From the NCBI GenBank assembly GCA_944386735.1, contig CALXCH010000001.1, positions 2,218 through 66,217 on the forward strand: a DNA stretch of 64,000 bases, written 5' to 3'. The position numbers and the translations under genes are program-made. The DNA is from an uncultured Clostridia bacterium. Lineage in GTDB: Bacteria; Bacillota; Clostridia; TANB77; CAG-508. The notes beneath the pieces are model-generated. The model saw only the letters and a list, made by a program, of their open reading frames with translations, ran no database searches and had not been told where the DNA came from. Shown here piece after piece: positions 38,501 to 49,264 of the stretch; the first letter of the stretch is position 1; every line of letters starts with the position of its first letter.

Positions 38501-39618
38501 ATTCAGAGCAAACTGTAGAATCAGGAGGAATAATTACAAATATAATAGAAAACCAAACATACTATGCAAGATATACAAAAGAGATAGAAATATCATTTGA
38601 CTTAAATGAAGGAAAAGGTATATTACCAGAAACGATAAATGGTAATATAGAAGCAAATAGTAATAATATAAATGATATAAAAGGATTCGAAGTAACAATT
38701 CCAGATGCTGAAATTTCACGAGATGGATTTAGTTTTTATGGATGGATGACTAATAAAGATGGAACTGGAGCAGATTATGAGATAGGAGATGAATCTTTAT
38801 TTACTTCAGATGTTGTACTTTATGCAAAATGGGTTGAAAATAGTGAACCAACAACTGATACTACTTTACCTGTTTTAGAAATAGAATATAATAAAGAAGA
38901 AAAATGGACAAACAAAGATATTGAAATACTAATAACTGCAGAAGATAAAGGTTCAGGAATAGAAAAAGTAACAGTAAACGATAAGGTTGTCCTTGAAAGT
39001 GATGGAAATACATCATATATTGTTAAAGAAAATGGAACTTATAATATTGTAGCAATAGATAAAGTAGGAAACAGTATAAGAAAAACTGTAACAGTATCTA
39101 ATATAGATAAAGTTTTACCTGTGATAGATAAAATAGAACAAGATGGACATGAAATTAAAATTACTTCTATTGATGAAGAATCTGGAACAAAGAGTATTGA
39201 ATATAGCTATGATGGAAAAACCTGGAACGATTTGCTAGACGACAACATAGATAAAGAATTTACTGTGACAGATTATGTATATAAAACAGGAGAATCATAT
39301 ATTATACTAAAAGAACTTGGAGACCAAACTATATATTTTAGGTCTATAGATGAAGCTGGAAATATTGGTGAAATACAGGCATTTAAGCAAAATCCGGAAG
39401 AAAACAAACCATCTGGTAATGGAAATAATACATCATCAACTAATAATAGTAATATGAATACAGTAAATACAGGAAAAGAAGAAAATAGTAAAGATAGTAT
39501 TGCTAACAAATTGTTACCATATGCAGGTAAAAGAACAATTATTGTTTTAATTATAATAATATCTATTATTGCAATAGTGTTTAGAAAGAAATATAATAAC
39601 CTAAAGGATATAAAATAG
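35575..39618 (+). CDS. Large cell-surface protein: signal peptide, right-handed beta-helix (pectate-lyase-like) domain, three SLH-like repeats, multiple Listeria-Bacteroides (Flg_new) repeats, Big-like domains, C-terminal TM anchor
   Basis: 1347 aa. Repeated YTFKGWTDxxxSxxxKYxxGExxSFDxxCTLYAVWE units and SLH-like FYPSNACTNAEILTMLYKY motifs. N-terminal signal sequence. Confidence 0.7.
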   Translation: MKRNKRVLIMILIIIIISGTLFLIFNNSNNITKNKSQIKGNIEISTSSNVNVVEREMTLSAEKTTEAMENNSRVLQNAIDEVSSSGGGTISLPAGTYYFAPINTYTDQASSQKRAYYAVECRSNVKLVGAGTNESNSNSCTILKPYGANLDVSFTMFQYISQDTPKVYIENADFADFIIDANETSKNQNTGYVAQGKGFSFSAYKDCDWNNVVVKNTDGTGFGMDYPINCTVTNCVAIGCGKAAADTDAGASGFGIGTGYSEDESMKISNCLSIGNRKFGFFFEHQGRFGSDIRARTAKGFIVTDCVARGNMYNFGGEKANDLIYINCTSENSNSNDPNPLRNQNKNAFYFGTNTRRSYVQDCDIEQSYTNITDTSVSYYTPVYWAAKNSIIDIGGDRTEYNALNNCYNSSAIAMLWRFAGRPGEVLIGNEQGDTGYDDVGSNDWFVDAVVWAYNEGILSGGGAFNAGNDCTRGEFITMLWKYAGSPIVSTGNNYTDVNAGDSFYNAVNWALSKRIIESQGSEFYPSNACTNAEILTMLYKYDTVNPQRVVIYDYWENGGNDSSKVYEIEKQNENVDLNVKAQKDGYQFEGWSTNKNATTGASSLRMNADSIYLYALYKKDIKITYDANGGNNAPSVQTATIYNNQESVNITLSKSIPTRAGYTFKGWTDEKDSAQVKYSSGETCSFDDSCTLYAVWEVMKEKYTLTVRPNGGKWNNLTQDAEINGESGTSVNIPNPIPPQGYTIIFNGNGGIASKTSETTTKIFNNWSLSGVGSLTGTTYTFGEGSGILTANYTDIGIEMPTAIRDGYTFRGWTDVRGSTEIKYRAGETYSFDSNCTLYAVWEENTSASYMVTYDYSHNGGESVDKVQEEKKPGEEIDLNVQARKSGYEFVGWSTDPQAKEGVEFLVMENENITLYAIFKKDIRLNFIDYNGREENQTVENITIYNNDKGEITAPTINQYSDWIARYWTIDKQPDSEQTVESGGIITNIIENQTYYARYTKEIEISFDLNEGKGILPETINGNIEANSNNINDIKGFEVTIPDAEISRDGFSFYGWMTNKDGTGADYEIGDESLFTSDVVLYAKWVENSEPTTDTTLPVLEIEYNKEEKWTNKDIEILITAEDKGSGIEKVTVNDKVVLESDGNTSYIVKENGTYNIVAIDKVGNSIRKTVTVSNIDKVLPVIDKIEQDGHEIKITSIDEESGTKSIEYSYDGKTWNDLLDDNIDKEFTVTDYVYKTGESYIILKELGDQTIYFRSIDEAGNIGEIQAFKQNPEENKPSGNGNNTSSTNNSNMNTVNTGKEENSKDSIANKLLPYAGKRTIIVLIIIISIIAIVFRKKYNNLKDIK

Positions 39619-39649
39619 ATACAAAACATAAAAATAATAAATTTTTGTT

Positions 39650-39678
39650 AAAAGGGTATGTTAAAGCATACCCTTTTC
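39650..39678. terminator. Bidirectional terminator AAAAGGGTATG-ttaaag-CATACCCTTTT
   Basis: Perfect inverted repeat between convergent genes. Confidence 0.7.
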
Positions 39679-39715
39679 TAATGACAAGAAAAATGAAATT
39701 GTTGAGAAATGTTTT

Positions 39716-40633
39716 CTATAAAGTAGCACCAAGAATTAGAATGCCGATATTATCATTGTAGATTTCGTCAAATTGAGAAATAGGAAGAGGATTTTCACCA
39801 ATACCTGCTTCTATAGTATAGCCTGGTCTGTTATATTCTTGAATAAACCAATCTTTATATCCTGCAAAACTAGAATTGTAAGGTGTTTCAGCAAGTAAAT
39901 AACCACTAGCTTCAGCTAATCTATTTCCGATATATTCACCTTTTGGAGGATTAAAATCTTGAAATTGCCAATAAATTTCTTTTCCTTGCGTATGAAATGC
40001 AATAACTAAGCTAAAATTATAAGAAAGAGTAAAGTTATAAATAGTAAGAGCTTCTGGTTCTGTTAAAGGGCCAAATCCTACAAAATCACGAGGACTTGGC
40101 TTATTAAATCCTTGAGCATATTTTATTTCTTTTGCGTTATTCCAACCTGCAGGAAATTGTAAATTTAAATCTACACCATTAAAATTTGCTTTCCAACCAT
40201 CAGGAAAAGGTATGTCAGGAAAATTTTGAGCAATAGATTGGAAAGAACGATATATTAAACTATTAGTAGGGTAAAAACCAGTAACTAAATCAACTCCATC
40301 TGGATTAACCATAGGCATAATATAGATAGAAGTAGACAAAAATAAATTCCTAATTCTAACACCATAAAGAGATCCATTAGTAATGTAAGCTAAACAATAA
40401 TCTTCTATAAATTTCATAAGAAGAACAGATGTAATCCATTCCTGAGCATGAATAGCAGCGGAATAAAATACTTTTTTTCTACCACGGCCAAGCCTAATTA
40501 CAGGAATAGATTTACCAAGAACACTATAACCTGTATTTTGAATTTGAATAAAAGGATAAGTATTATTTAGTTCATGAAGATTAGACATCATAATTTCATA
40601 AGTATAATTAATATTTGTTTGAACAATAGCCAT
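39716..40633 (-). CDS. Peptidase M14 family (gamma-D-glutamyl-L-diamino acid endopeptidase-like)
   Basis: HAQEW zinc-binding motif and M14 carboxypeptidase fold features. 305 aa. Confidence 0.65.
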   Translation of the reverse strand: MAIVQTNINYTYEIMMSNLHELNNTYPFIQIQNTGYSVLGKSIPVIRLGRGRKKVFYSAAIHAQEWITSVLLMKFIEDYCLAYITNGSLYGVRIRNLFLSTSIYIMPMVNPDGVDLVTGFYPTNSLIYRSFQSIAQNFPDIPFPDGWKANFNGVDLNLQFPAGWNNAKEIKYAQGFNKPSPRDFVGFGPLTEPEALTIYNFTLSYNFSLVIAFHTQGKEIYWQFQDFNPPKGEYIGNRLAEASGYLLAETPYNSSFAGYKDWFIQEYNRPGYTIEAGIGENPLPISQFDEIYNDNIGILILGATL

Positions 40634-40726
40634 AAAATCACCTAAAATATAATATGCGATAAATAAAATAAAAGTGAAAAAAGTGAAAAACTTGTAATTT
40701 TTATCTTATCAAGTTATAATGTTTAT

Positions 40727-41585
40727 ATGAAAAAGTTAGTAGTTAGTAAAAAATATGATGGAAAAAAATTAAATAAGTTTTTGTTTTCTAATATATCTGG
40801 ATTATCAGAAGGTCTATTTTATAAAACTCTTAGAAAAAAAGATATAAAAATAAACAGAGAGCGTGTTAATTCTAATGTGATTGTAAATGAAGGAGACGAA
40901 GTATTAGTATATATATCAGATGAATTATTAAACTCTAAAGTTTTATTAGATGTAATATATGAAGATGAAAACATCTTAATTGTAAATAAGCCTTATAATT
41001 TAGAAGTAACAGGAGAGAACAGTTTAACTAGTATAATCCATGAAAAATATAAAGGAAATGATTTTTTACCAATGCCTTGTCATAGAATAGATAGAAATAC
41101 ACATGGGATGGTTTTATTTGCTAAAAATCAAAAAGCATTAGATATCCTTTTAAATAAATTTAAAAATCACGAAATAGAAAAACATTATTTAGCTTTGGTA
41201 TATGGTTGTCCAAAAGAAGAATATAAAATAGCAGAAGCTTATTTATTTAAAGACAATAAGAAATCTAAAGTATATATAAGTGATATTCCTAAAAAGGGAT
41301 ATAGAAAGATTATTACAATATATAGAGTATTAGAAAAAAGAAAAGATAATACATCTCTTTTAGATGTAGAAATAAAAACAGGAAGAACGCATCAAATAAG
41401 AGCTCATTTAGCTTTCTTAGGGCATCCAATAATAGGAGACCGGAAAATATGGGAAGAATGAAATAAATAAAAAGTTTGGCAAAAAGTATCAATGTTTGAA
41501 AAGCTATATATTAAAATTTAATTTTAAAGATAATAATGGTATTCTAGAGTATTTAAATGGAAAAACAATTATATTGAAAAAATAA
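40727..41585 (+). pseudogene. RluA-family 23S rRNA pseudouridine synthase interrupted by a 1-nt insertion in an A-run at 41444-41447
   Basis: The frame ends ...GHPIIGDRKIWEE*. The -1 frame continues KYGKNEINKKFGKKYQCLKSYILKFNFKDNNGILEYLNGKTIILKK*, the normal RluA C-terminus. Catalytic HRIDRNTHG motif is present. Confidence 0.7.
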
Positions 41586-41657
41586 AAAGATAGATAGAAT
41601 AAAATAAATTGAATATATTATAAAAAGCATACTAATAAAAATAGTATGCTAAATGCG

Positions 41658-42761
41658 TTATAAAGTAATTTTTTGATTATCTTTTTTGGCTTTAGATGGA
41701 GAAGCTTTTTTTCTTGCATCTAAAATTGCAATATTAATGTACATTTGAAAATTATCAGTATATATATGATTATGTATAAAGTCATTTACAGTTTTATATT
41801 CTTTATCAGTAAAGCAGATTATTAAGTAAAAAGCGTTCTTACATCCACTATATCTAATATAATCACATAATTGATTTTCATATCCTGCTTTTAAATATGA
41901 GCTACTAGCCTTTTTGACTTCTATTAAGATTTTTTCATCTTTTTTATTACTTCTAAATAATTTAAAATCAACTTGTCCATTTTTAACTAAAACTTCTCTA
42001 GAAATATCTACTTCTTTTCCAATAAAATATGCATCCATGATATTTTCTATAATTACATGAATTTTCTTTTCGGTTACTGGTTGTTTATTTTCCCAAAATA
42101 GTTCTGCTAAACTTCCACTATTAATTCGTTGCTGTAAATAAGAAAATAATTCGCTGATTTCTCCTGTTAATGTAATGTGGTTGCTTTTGAATTGCTTTTG
42201 AATATCTATTGGTAAAATTTCAAAGTAATAATCCAAATTAATTCCCATTGTTTTAGCTATAATAGGCATATTAGCTTTTTGTTCATTATATAAATAAGGA
42301 AGTTCTATAAAATCAATATCATCATAAATATCTTCACAAATATAACTTGGGTTATAATAGTATCCTTCGAGTATATCAATTGGAAAGTCATCATCATCCA
42401 TTTCTTTTTTATCTATCTCGACATATTTTTGTATAGTATCTATTAATTCTTTGTCATAAAATACTTTTTTAAAATCTTCTTTCATATCATTTTTTAAATT
42501 TTGCATTTCCATTAAAAAATAATATAATGCTACTTCGTGAAAAGCTGTAAGTTCGTGCCAAAATTCATCACTTGTCCAAGCGTATAAATCTTTAAATACT
42601 TCTAGACATTTTTGATATTGTTCTCTAAATAAATATTTAGGCATATAATCTTCTATCATATCTCCAATATCAATTTCTGGATCTCCAAAGATTTCTCCTT
42701 CTAAATAATTATGTATTATTTTGCAGTATACTATACTTCTGGGTGTATTAAGATTTATCAT
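41658..42761 (-). CDS. Hypothetical 367-aa protein with a C-terminal PD-(D/E)xK-like nuclease motif (D...ILIEVKK), adjacent to tRNA-Gly
   Basis: GQVDFKLF ... EKILIEVKK pattern. No recognizable N-terminal domain. Terminator hairpin downstream. Confidence 0.4.
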   Translation of the reverse strand: MINLNTPRSIVYCKIIHNYLEGEIFGDPEIDIGDMIEDYMPKYLFREQYQKCLEVFKDLYAWTSDEFWHELTAFHEVALYYFLMEMQNLKNDMKEDFKKVFYDKELIDTIQKYVEIDKKEMDDDDFPIDILEGYYYNPSYICEDIYDDIDFIELPYLYNEQKANMPIIAKTMGINLDYYFEILPIDIQKQFKSNHITLTGEISELFSYLQQRINSGSLAELFWENKQPVTEKKIHVIIENIMDAYFIGKEVDISREVLVKNGQVDFKLFRSNKKDEKILIEVKKASSSYLKAGYENQLCDYIRYSGCKNAFYLIICFTDKEYKTVNDFIHNHIYTDNFQMYINIAILDARKKASPSKAKKDNQKITL

Positions 42762-42774
42762 TTTTTACCTCACT

Positions 42775-42849
<75 letters not shown>

Positions 42850-42915
42850 AAAATATAAGAATACAATAATAAGTATATCATAATTATAAGAAAAAGTAAA
42901 ATATATAGAAAATTT

Positions 42916-43695
42916 TCATTTGAAATCGTAAAAATTTTTGAAAGTGTATCCTTGAGATCTTAAATAATTTATAGAATCTTTTAACACAGTTGAACTATCA
43001 CTAACATCTTTTGTATCATGCATTAAAACGACTAAAGTATCTTTATTTTTTGAAGATGATATTAAATTATCTAATAATTGTTTTTTAGTATATTTCTTTT
43101 CTGAATCTTTATTTAAAGCATTCCAATCAATATAAGTGTAATCCATATTTTGTAAAAGTTTTACATATTCATTCTTTTTATCTTTATATACATTAGACAT
43201 AAATCCATTTGGAAATCTAAATACATGTGAAGAATAGTTATTAATACCAATAGCATTTCCAATTGCTAAATCTGTTTTTTCTATTTCAGATGTAAAAGAA
43301 TTAGCATCTTTGTACAAAATAGAATTATTGTGACTATAGGTATGATTAGCTATATAGTGACCTTCTTTATAAGCTCGATTTACAATCTCAGGATGTTCTT
43401 CAACTTTTTTTCCTATTACAAAAAAGGTGGCTTTAATATTTTCTTCTTTTAGAATATCTAAAATTTTTGGGGTAACAGAAGGGCTTGGACCATCATCAAA
43501 GCTTAAGTAAGCAATTTTTTCGTTAGAATTAAATATATTATTAATACTATTTGTAAATTCACTTGAAACTTCTTTAATATCGATGTTTGATGCTAAAAGT
43601 ATACTTCTTGAAAAATAACAAATAGAAAATATAAATAATATAAAAAATGTAAGAAATATAAAAATAGCTCTTTTTTTAAAAAGAAAAATTTTCAA
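42916..43695 (-). CDS. Polysaccharide deacetylase (NodB homology domain) with an N-terminal TM anchor
   Basis: NodB motifs (DDGP, HTYSH). 259 aa. Confidence 0.75.
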   Translation of the reverse strand: MKIFLFKKRAIFIFLTFFILFIFSICYFSRSILLASNIDIKEVSSEFTNSINNIFNSNEKIAYLSFDDGPSPSVTPKILDILKEENIKATFFVIGKKVEEHPEIVNRAYKEGHYIANHTYSHNNSILYKDANSFTSEIEKTDLAIGNAIGINNYSSHVFRFPNGFMSNVYKDKKNEYVKLLQNMDYTYIDWNALNKDSEKKYTKKQLLDNLISSSKNKDTLVVLMHDTKDVSDSSTVLKDSINYLRSQGYTFKNFYDFK

Positions 43696-43783
43696 TAATC
43701 ATCACCAATAAAAAATATTACAAAAATATGAAAATATTACAATTATTGCTCAAATTAATTATAAAAAATAACTATTGTTATTG

Positions 43784-43812
43784 TTGATAAAATCTTTAAA
43801 ATATAGTATAAT
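43784..43812 (+). promoter_or_regulatory. ssrA promoter TTGATA-17 nt-TATAAT
   Basis: Consensus-like -35/-10 about 10 nt upstream of the tmRNA 5' end. Confidence 0.6.
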
Positions 43813-43821
43813 AGATAAGAC

Positions 43822-44179
43822 ATGGGGATGAAATGGTTTCGACATAATACTAGAAGTATAGATTGCAAGTAGTGGATGGTCGCTTTGGCCACTTAAAAAA
43901 AGCGAAAGTAAATATAAACGCTGATAACGAAGAATTAGCATTAGCTGCCTAAGTTGCGGCTACGCTTTACTAAAAAGTCCCACCTTTTTAGATAAAGTGT
44001 TATAACAGTGGGAAACGAAGCTACTTTTGCTTTTAAAGTAGTAGGTATTTTAAAAAGCTATATTTTAATAAAACCTGTTTGTTGGTGTTATTAAAATGAA
44101 TAAAATAAACAAACTAAACTTGTAGATATCTATGTGGAAGGTATTGTGGACAGGAGTTCGACTCTCCTCATCTCCACCA
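43822..44179 (+). ncRNA. ssrA: tmRNA (SsrA), tag reading frame GCT GAT AAC GAA GAA TTA GCA TTA GCT GCC TAA (ADNEELALAA)
   Basis: 5' GGGGATG and 3' GGACAGGAGTTCGACTCTCCTCATCTCCACCA tRNA-like ends. Internal tag ORF at 43926-43958. Terminator hairpin follows. Confidence 0.9.
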
Positions 44180-44383
44180 ATTAGGACACGAAATTAACCT
44201 TTTTGTGTCTTTTTATTTTTTGTAATTTATTAAAATAAAAAAATATAGTGAATTAATGTTAATAACTAAAGAAAATTGGTTAAAAATTGTACTTAAAGAG
44301 GCTTTTTGTTGAAAGTTATGTAAAATTCTGATATAATAAGAAAGTATTATACATAGGCTTAGCCATAAGAGAAGGGAAAAATC

Positions 44384-45139
44384 ATGGCTACTATTGTTCA
44401 CACTGACGAAGACTTTGCAAAAACTTATGTTTTTCGAACTCAAGATGAGCACGTTTTGTATATTAGCGATTTTAAGGAAGGAGTTGCTACAGTAGAATTA
44501 ACAGATGACCATACACTTGATTCTTTGGCAAGAGTAATTTTCGGCTGTTTTTCAAAAAAATCAAATTTTGCTGAAGCGATTCTTAAAGCTTATCATTGTG
44601 ATGAAAATGTGAGATTTAAGGGATTTGCAATTAATATTAACGGAAAATTGGTAAATATTACTAAGGAAGACTGTGACATTGATGAAATTATCGAATTGAT
44701 AAAGCAAGCTGAGAAGGAAACTCAAGAAGAAACAATGGCAAATTCATTTGGACAGCTTGTGGAATTTTTTACAGGAATTCCAAAAGAAGTAAGTTATGTG
44801 AGAGCAATTGTTAAAATTGAGTTTAAAGATGAAGCATCTGAAAAATCATGGAATGAATGGTTTGAAAGTGCTGAGAGCGAAGAACAAAATGAAATTGTTA
44901 GCTTTGGAGATTTGCTAGCTAGGTATTCACAAAGTGCAATGAAAGATGGATATCCTTTTGAAACTGCTGTAACTAGGTCATATCTGAAACTTTCTGCAAT
45001 GGATGAAAATCTAGATGATGCAATGAAACAATATGCAATTGATAAGCTGATTGAATGTTGGAAATATGGTAAAGAACTGAAGGAATGGAATGATGGTAGA
45101 ACCAAGTCTGACCTGGAAAATCTGATTGATGAAATCTAG
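44384..45139 (+). CDS. Acidic 251-aa protein, uncharacterized family, paralog 1 of 3 in tandem
   Basis: Own promoter TTGAAA-17-TATAAT, RBS, and terminator CCTCCTTTAAAGGAGG. N-terminal VHTDEDF...GVATVE...GCFSKKSNF...AYHCDEN is shared with the paralogs. Confidence 0.6.
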   Translation: MATIVHTDEDFAKTYVFRTQDEHVLYISDFKEGVATVELTDDHTLDSLARVIFGCFSKKSNFAEAILKAYHCDENVRFKGFAININGKLVNITKEDCDIDEIIELIKQAEKETQEETMANSFGQLVEFFTGIPKEVSYVRAIVKIEFKDEASEKSWNEWFESAESEEQNEIVSFGDLLARYSQSAMKDGYPFETAVTRSYLKLSAMDENLDDAMKQYAIDKLIECWKYGKELKEWNDGRTKSDLENLIDEI

Positions 45140-45308
45140 TGGCTATACCGTAAAAGCTAAATAGCTTTTAGTAAAAAGAAAATAGTTTTCTTTACCTCCT
45201 TTAAAGGAGGTTTCTTTTTATTCTACATAACTATTTGAATTGTTATATAATTGTGGTATAATAAATGAGTATTAAAGTAATAGTTAGTATATAGAAAGGA
45301 AGAGTATT

Positions 45309-46064
45309 ATGATTACATTTGTACATACTGACGAGGAATTTGTGAAGATGTACAAGTTTCGGACACAGAACAATCATGTTGTGCTTGTAAAAGAATTTGA
45401 AAATGGAGTTGCAACAATTGAACCAACATGGGATTACAAAAATTTAGATGAGTTTATTGAAGTTATTTCAGGTTGCCTTAATGGAAAATCTAATTTTAAA
45501 AAAGAGCTTATGAAAGCCTATGGCCATGATGAAAATTCTGAACTTAAGGGAATTAATATTATCATATTAGGTATCAATGTGTTTATTTCGCCTGAAAAGA
45601 AGAACAAAGATGAAATTCAAGCTATTATTGATTCAAGTATGATAAAACATTTTGAAAGAAACTTACGAGAAGTAATCGATAGTTCATTCCATTGTCGGTA
45701 TTGTGATTATATAACTAATATTGTCTATAGTACGGAAATTGAATTTGTAAGTAAAGAGGCAGAAAGAAAGTGGAGAAAGAAGACTGATAAGTTAAGAGAA
45801 ACAGAAACAGGATTCTTTATAGTAGACTATGCAGACAACTTAGCTAAATATATTCAGTATCTTGTTGAGGATATGGATAAAAAGTTTCCTACAGTAATAG
45901 ATGAAGCAATGGAAGACATTGATTCATTGACGATGGCAGAAGGTGACACTATACTAGAAGCAATCTATTTGCTTGTTGATACTTGGAAATATGGAGATGA
46001 ACTTATAAAATGGAATAGAAAAGTAATCGATTTTCAAATGCAAAGTATCATAGATGACCTCTAA
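45309..46064 (+). CDS. Acidic 251-aa protein, paralog 2 of 3
   Basis: VHTDEEF...GVATIE...GCLNGKSNF...AYGHDEN, C-terminal WKYGDELIKWN. Own promoter and terminator CCTCTAGAAATAGAGG. Confidence 0.6.
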   Translation: MITFVHTDEEFVKMYKFRTQNNHVVLVKEFENGVATIEPTWDYKNLDEFIEVISGCLNGKSNFKKELMKAYGHDENSELKGINIIILGINVFISPEKKNKDEIQAIIDSSMIKHFERNLREVIDSSFHCRYCDYITNIVYSTEIEFVSKEAERKWRKKTDKLRETETGFFIVDYADNLAKYIQYLVEDMDKKFPTVIDEAMEDIDSLTMAEGDTILEAIYLLVDTWKYGDELIKWNRKVIDFQMQSIIDDL

Positions 46065-46259
46065 CTTTGCTAACTAATAACAAATGGTTAAATAACCATT
46101 AAGCTAAAAAGAAAAAATTTCTTTTCCTCTAGAAATAGAGGTTTCTTTTTTTATTTTTTATTTTTGACAAAAATTAAGTATTAATTGACTTTTATGTAAA
46201 TGGAATATATAATAACAATATGTAATTGTAAAATCATTTTACTTAGAGAAAGGAATATC

Positions 46260-47027
46260 ATGAAAACCATCATCAAAAAAGTAAATAAAATTTTTTCTTT
46301 TAAAGACGAGAAAGGATATGAAGTCCTTGTAGATGGATTTAAAGATGGATTTGCAACAATCCGGATTCCAATTACTGTTACTAGATATGAGGATAAAATC
46401 TCTGCTTGCATAGTAGACGGAAATAATCTTATTAGCTTTTTATCAGGCTGTTTTGGCAAAGAGTCTAATTTCGTAAAAATGCTGTTTGAAACATATGAAT
46501 GTGATTCAACTGCTGAATTTCTTGGATTTAAGTTAAAGGCAGGAGATATGTCATGCACAGTAACTAGGGAAAATTCAGCTTTTTACAGCATTAAAGAAAT
46601 CATAGAAAATTTCCTTGGCATATATGCTGAAGCAGAAGCAGAAAAAATTAACAAGCGAACAGATGAGTATAATAAAGAAAGGGAAGATTTGGATAATCTT
46701 CTCGATAGTCTAGATATAGCTTTTAAGAGTGATCAAGCAGAAGATAAATATATAGAAGAAGCTGAAAGGTTAGATGAAAACTTCTTGGGATATGGACAAG
46801 ATTTTGTTGCACATGTTCAGTACCTTGTGGAACAAGAAGGCTACAATATTTCTGATGCTGTTAATGAGACCTATAGAAGGTTTGATTCAATCAGTTTCAA
46901 TATTGAAGAAGGATTAGCATCAATACAATTCATTTGTAGGTTCTGCCTCTATGGAGATGAGATTTATGAAAGTTATTTTAATATTTGGATGAAGATGTAT
47001 AACGATGAGCTAAATAACTATCTCTAA
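46260..47027 (+). CDS. Acidic 255-aa protein, paralog 3 of 3 (more diverged)
   Basis: GFATIRIP...SGCFGKESNF...TYECDSTAEFLGF, C-terminal LYGDEIYESYFNIW. Promoter TTGACT-17-TATAAT. Terminator CCCTCTAGAAATAGAGGG. Confidence 0.55.
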   Translation: MKTIIKKVNKIFSFKDEKGYEVLVDGFKDGFATIRIPITVTRYEDKISACIVDGNNLISFLSGCFGKESNFVKMLFETYECDSTAEFLGFKLKAGDMSCTVTRENSAFYSIKEIIENFLGIYAEAEAEKINKRTDEYNKEREDLDNLLDSLDIAFKSDQAEDKYIEEAERLDENFLGYGQDFVAHVQYLVEQEGYNISDAVNETYRRFDSISFNIEEGLASIQFICRFCLYGDEIYESYFNIWMKMYNDELNNYL

Positions 47028-47183
47028 GAATGATTAACGAGAGTGTTAAATAACCTCTTAAAAAAGATTTTATCTTTCCCTCTAGAAATAGAGGGTTCTT
47101 TTTATTTTTTAGATTTGTAATAATAGAATTTTCAGTTGAATAAAATAAAATGTGAACATTTTGTGAAAAATTAAAAATAGGTA

Positions 47184-47212
47184 TTGACAATTAGCAAAAT
47201 AGGGTATACAGT
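47184..47212 (+). promoter_or_regulatory. groESL promoter (TTGACA -35 with TATACA/TACAGT -10)
   Basis: Consensus -35 immediately upstream of CIRCE. Confidence 0.5.
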
Positions 47213-47213
47213 A

Positions 47214-47240
47214 TTAGCAGTCAATAAGATAGAGTGCTAA
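47214..47240 (+). promoter_or_regulatory. CIRCE operator (HrcA binding site) TTAGCAGTC-N9-GAGTGCTAA
   Basis: Matches the CIRCE consensus TTAGCACTC-N9-GAGTGCTAA with one mismatch, 21 nt upstream of groES. Confidence 0.85.
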
Positions 47241-47543
<303 letters not shown>

Positions 47544-47579
47544 TGAAAAATTTAAAAAGAAAGTTTTAGAAAGGAATGA

Positions 47580-49217
<1,638 letters not shown>

Positions 49218-49264
49218 TAAATAAATATAAGAGAAGTTACAGGTATTGTAGCTTCTCTTATATG

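Noticed and set aside
43759-43941. 60-aa ORF on the minus strand
   Set aside because: Lies entirely within the ssrA promoter and tmRNA gene. It is a spurious ORF.
44180-47100. Genomic island with att duplication at the tmRNA 3' end
   Set aside because: No integrase or recombinase gene, and no repeat of the ssrA 3' end (GGACAGGAGTTCGACTCTCC...) was found downstream. The paralog array is reported as a finding but not as a mobile element.
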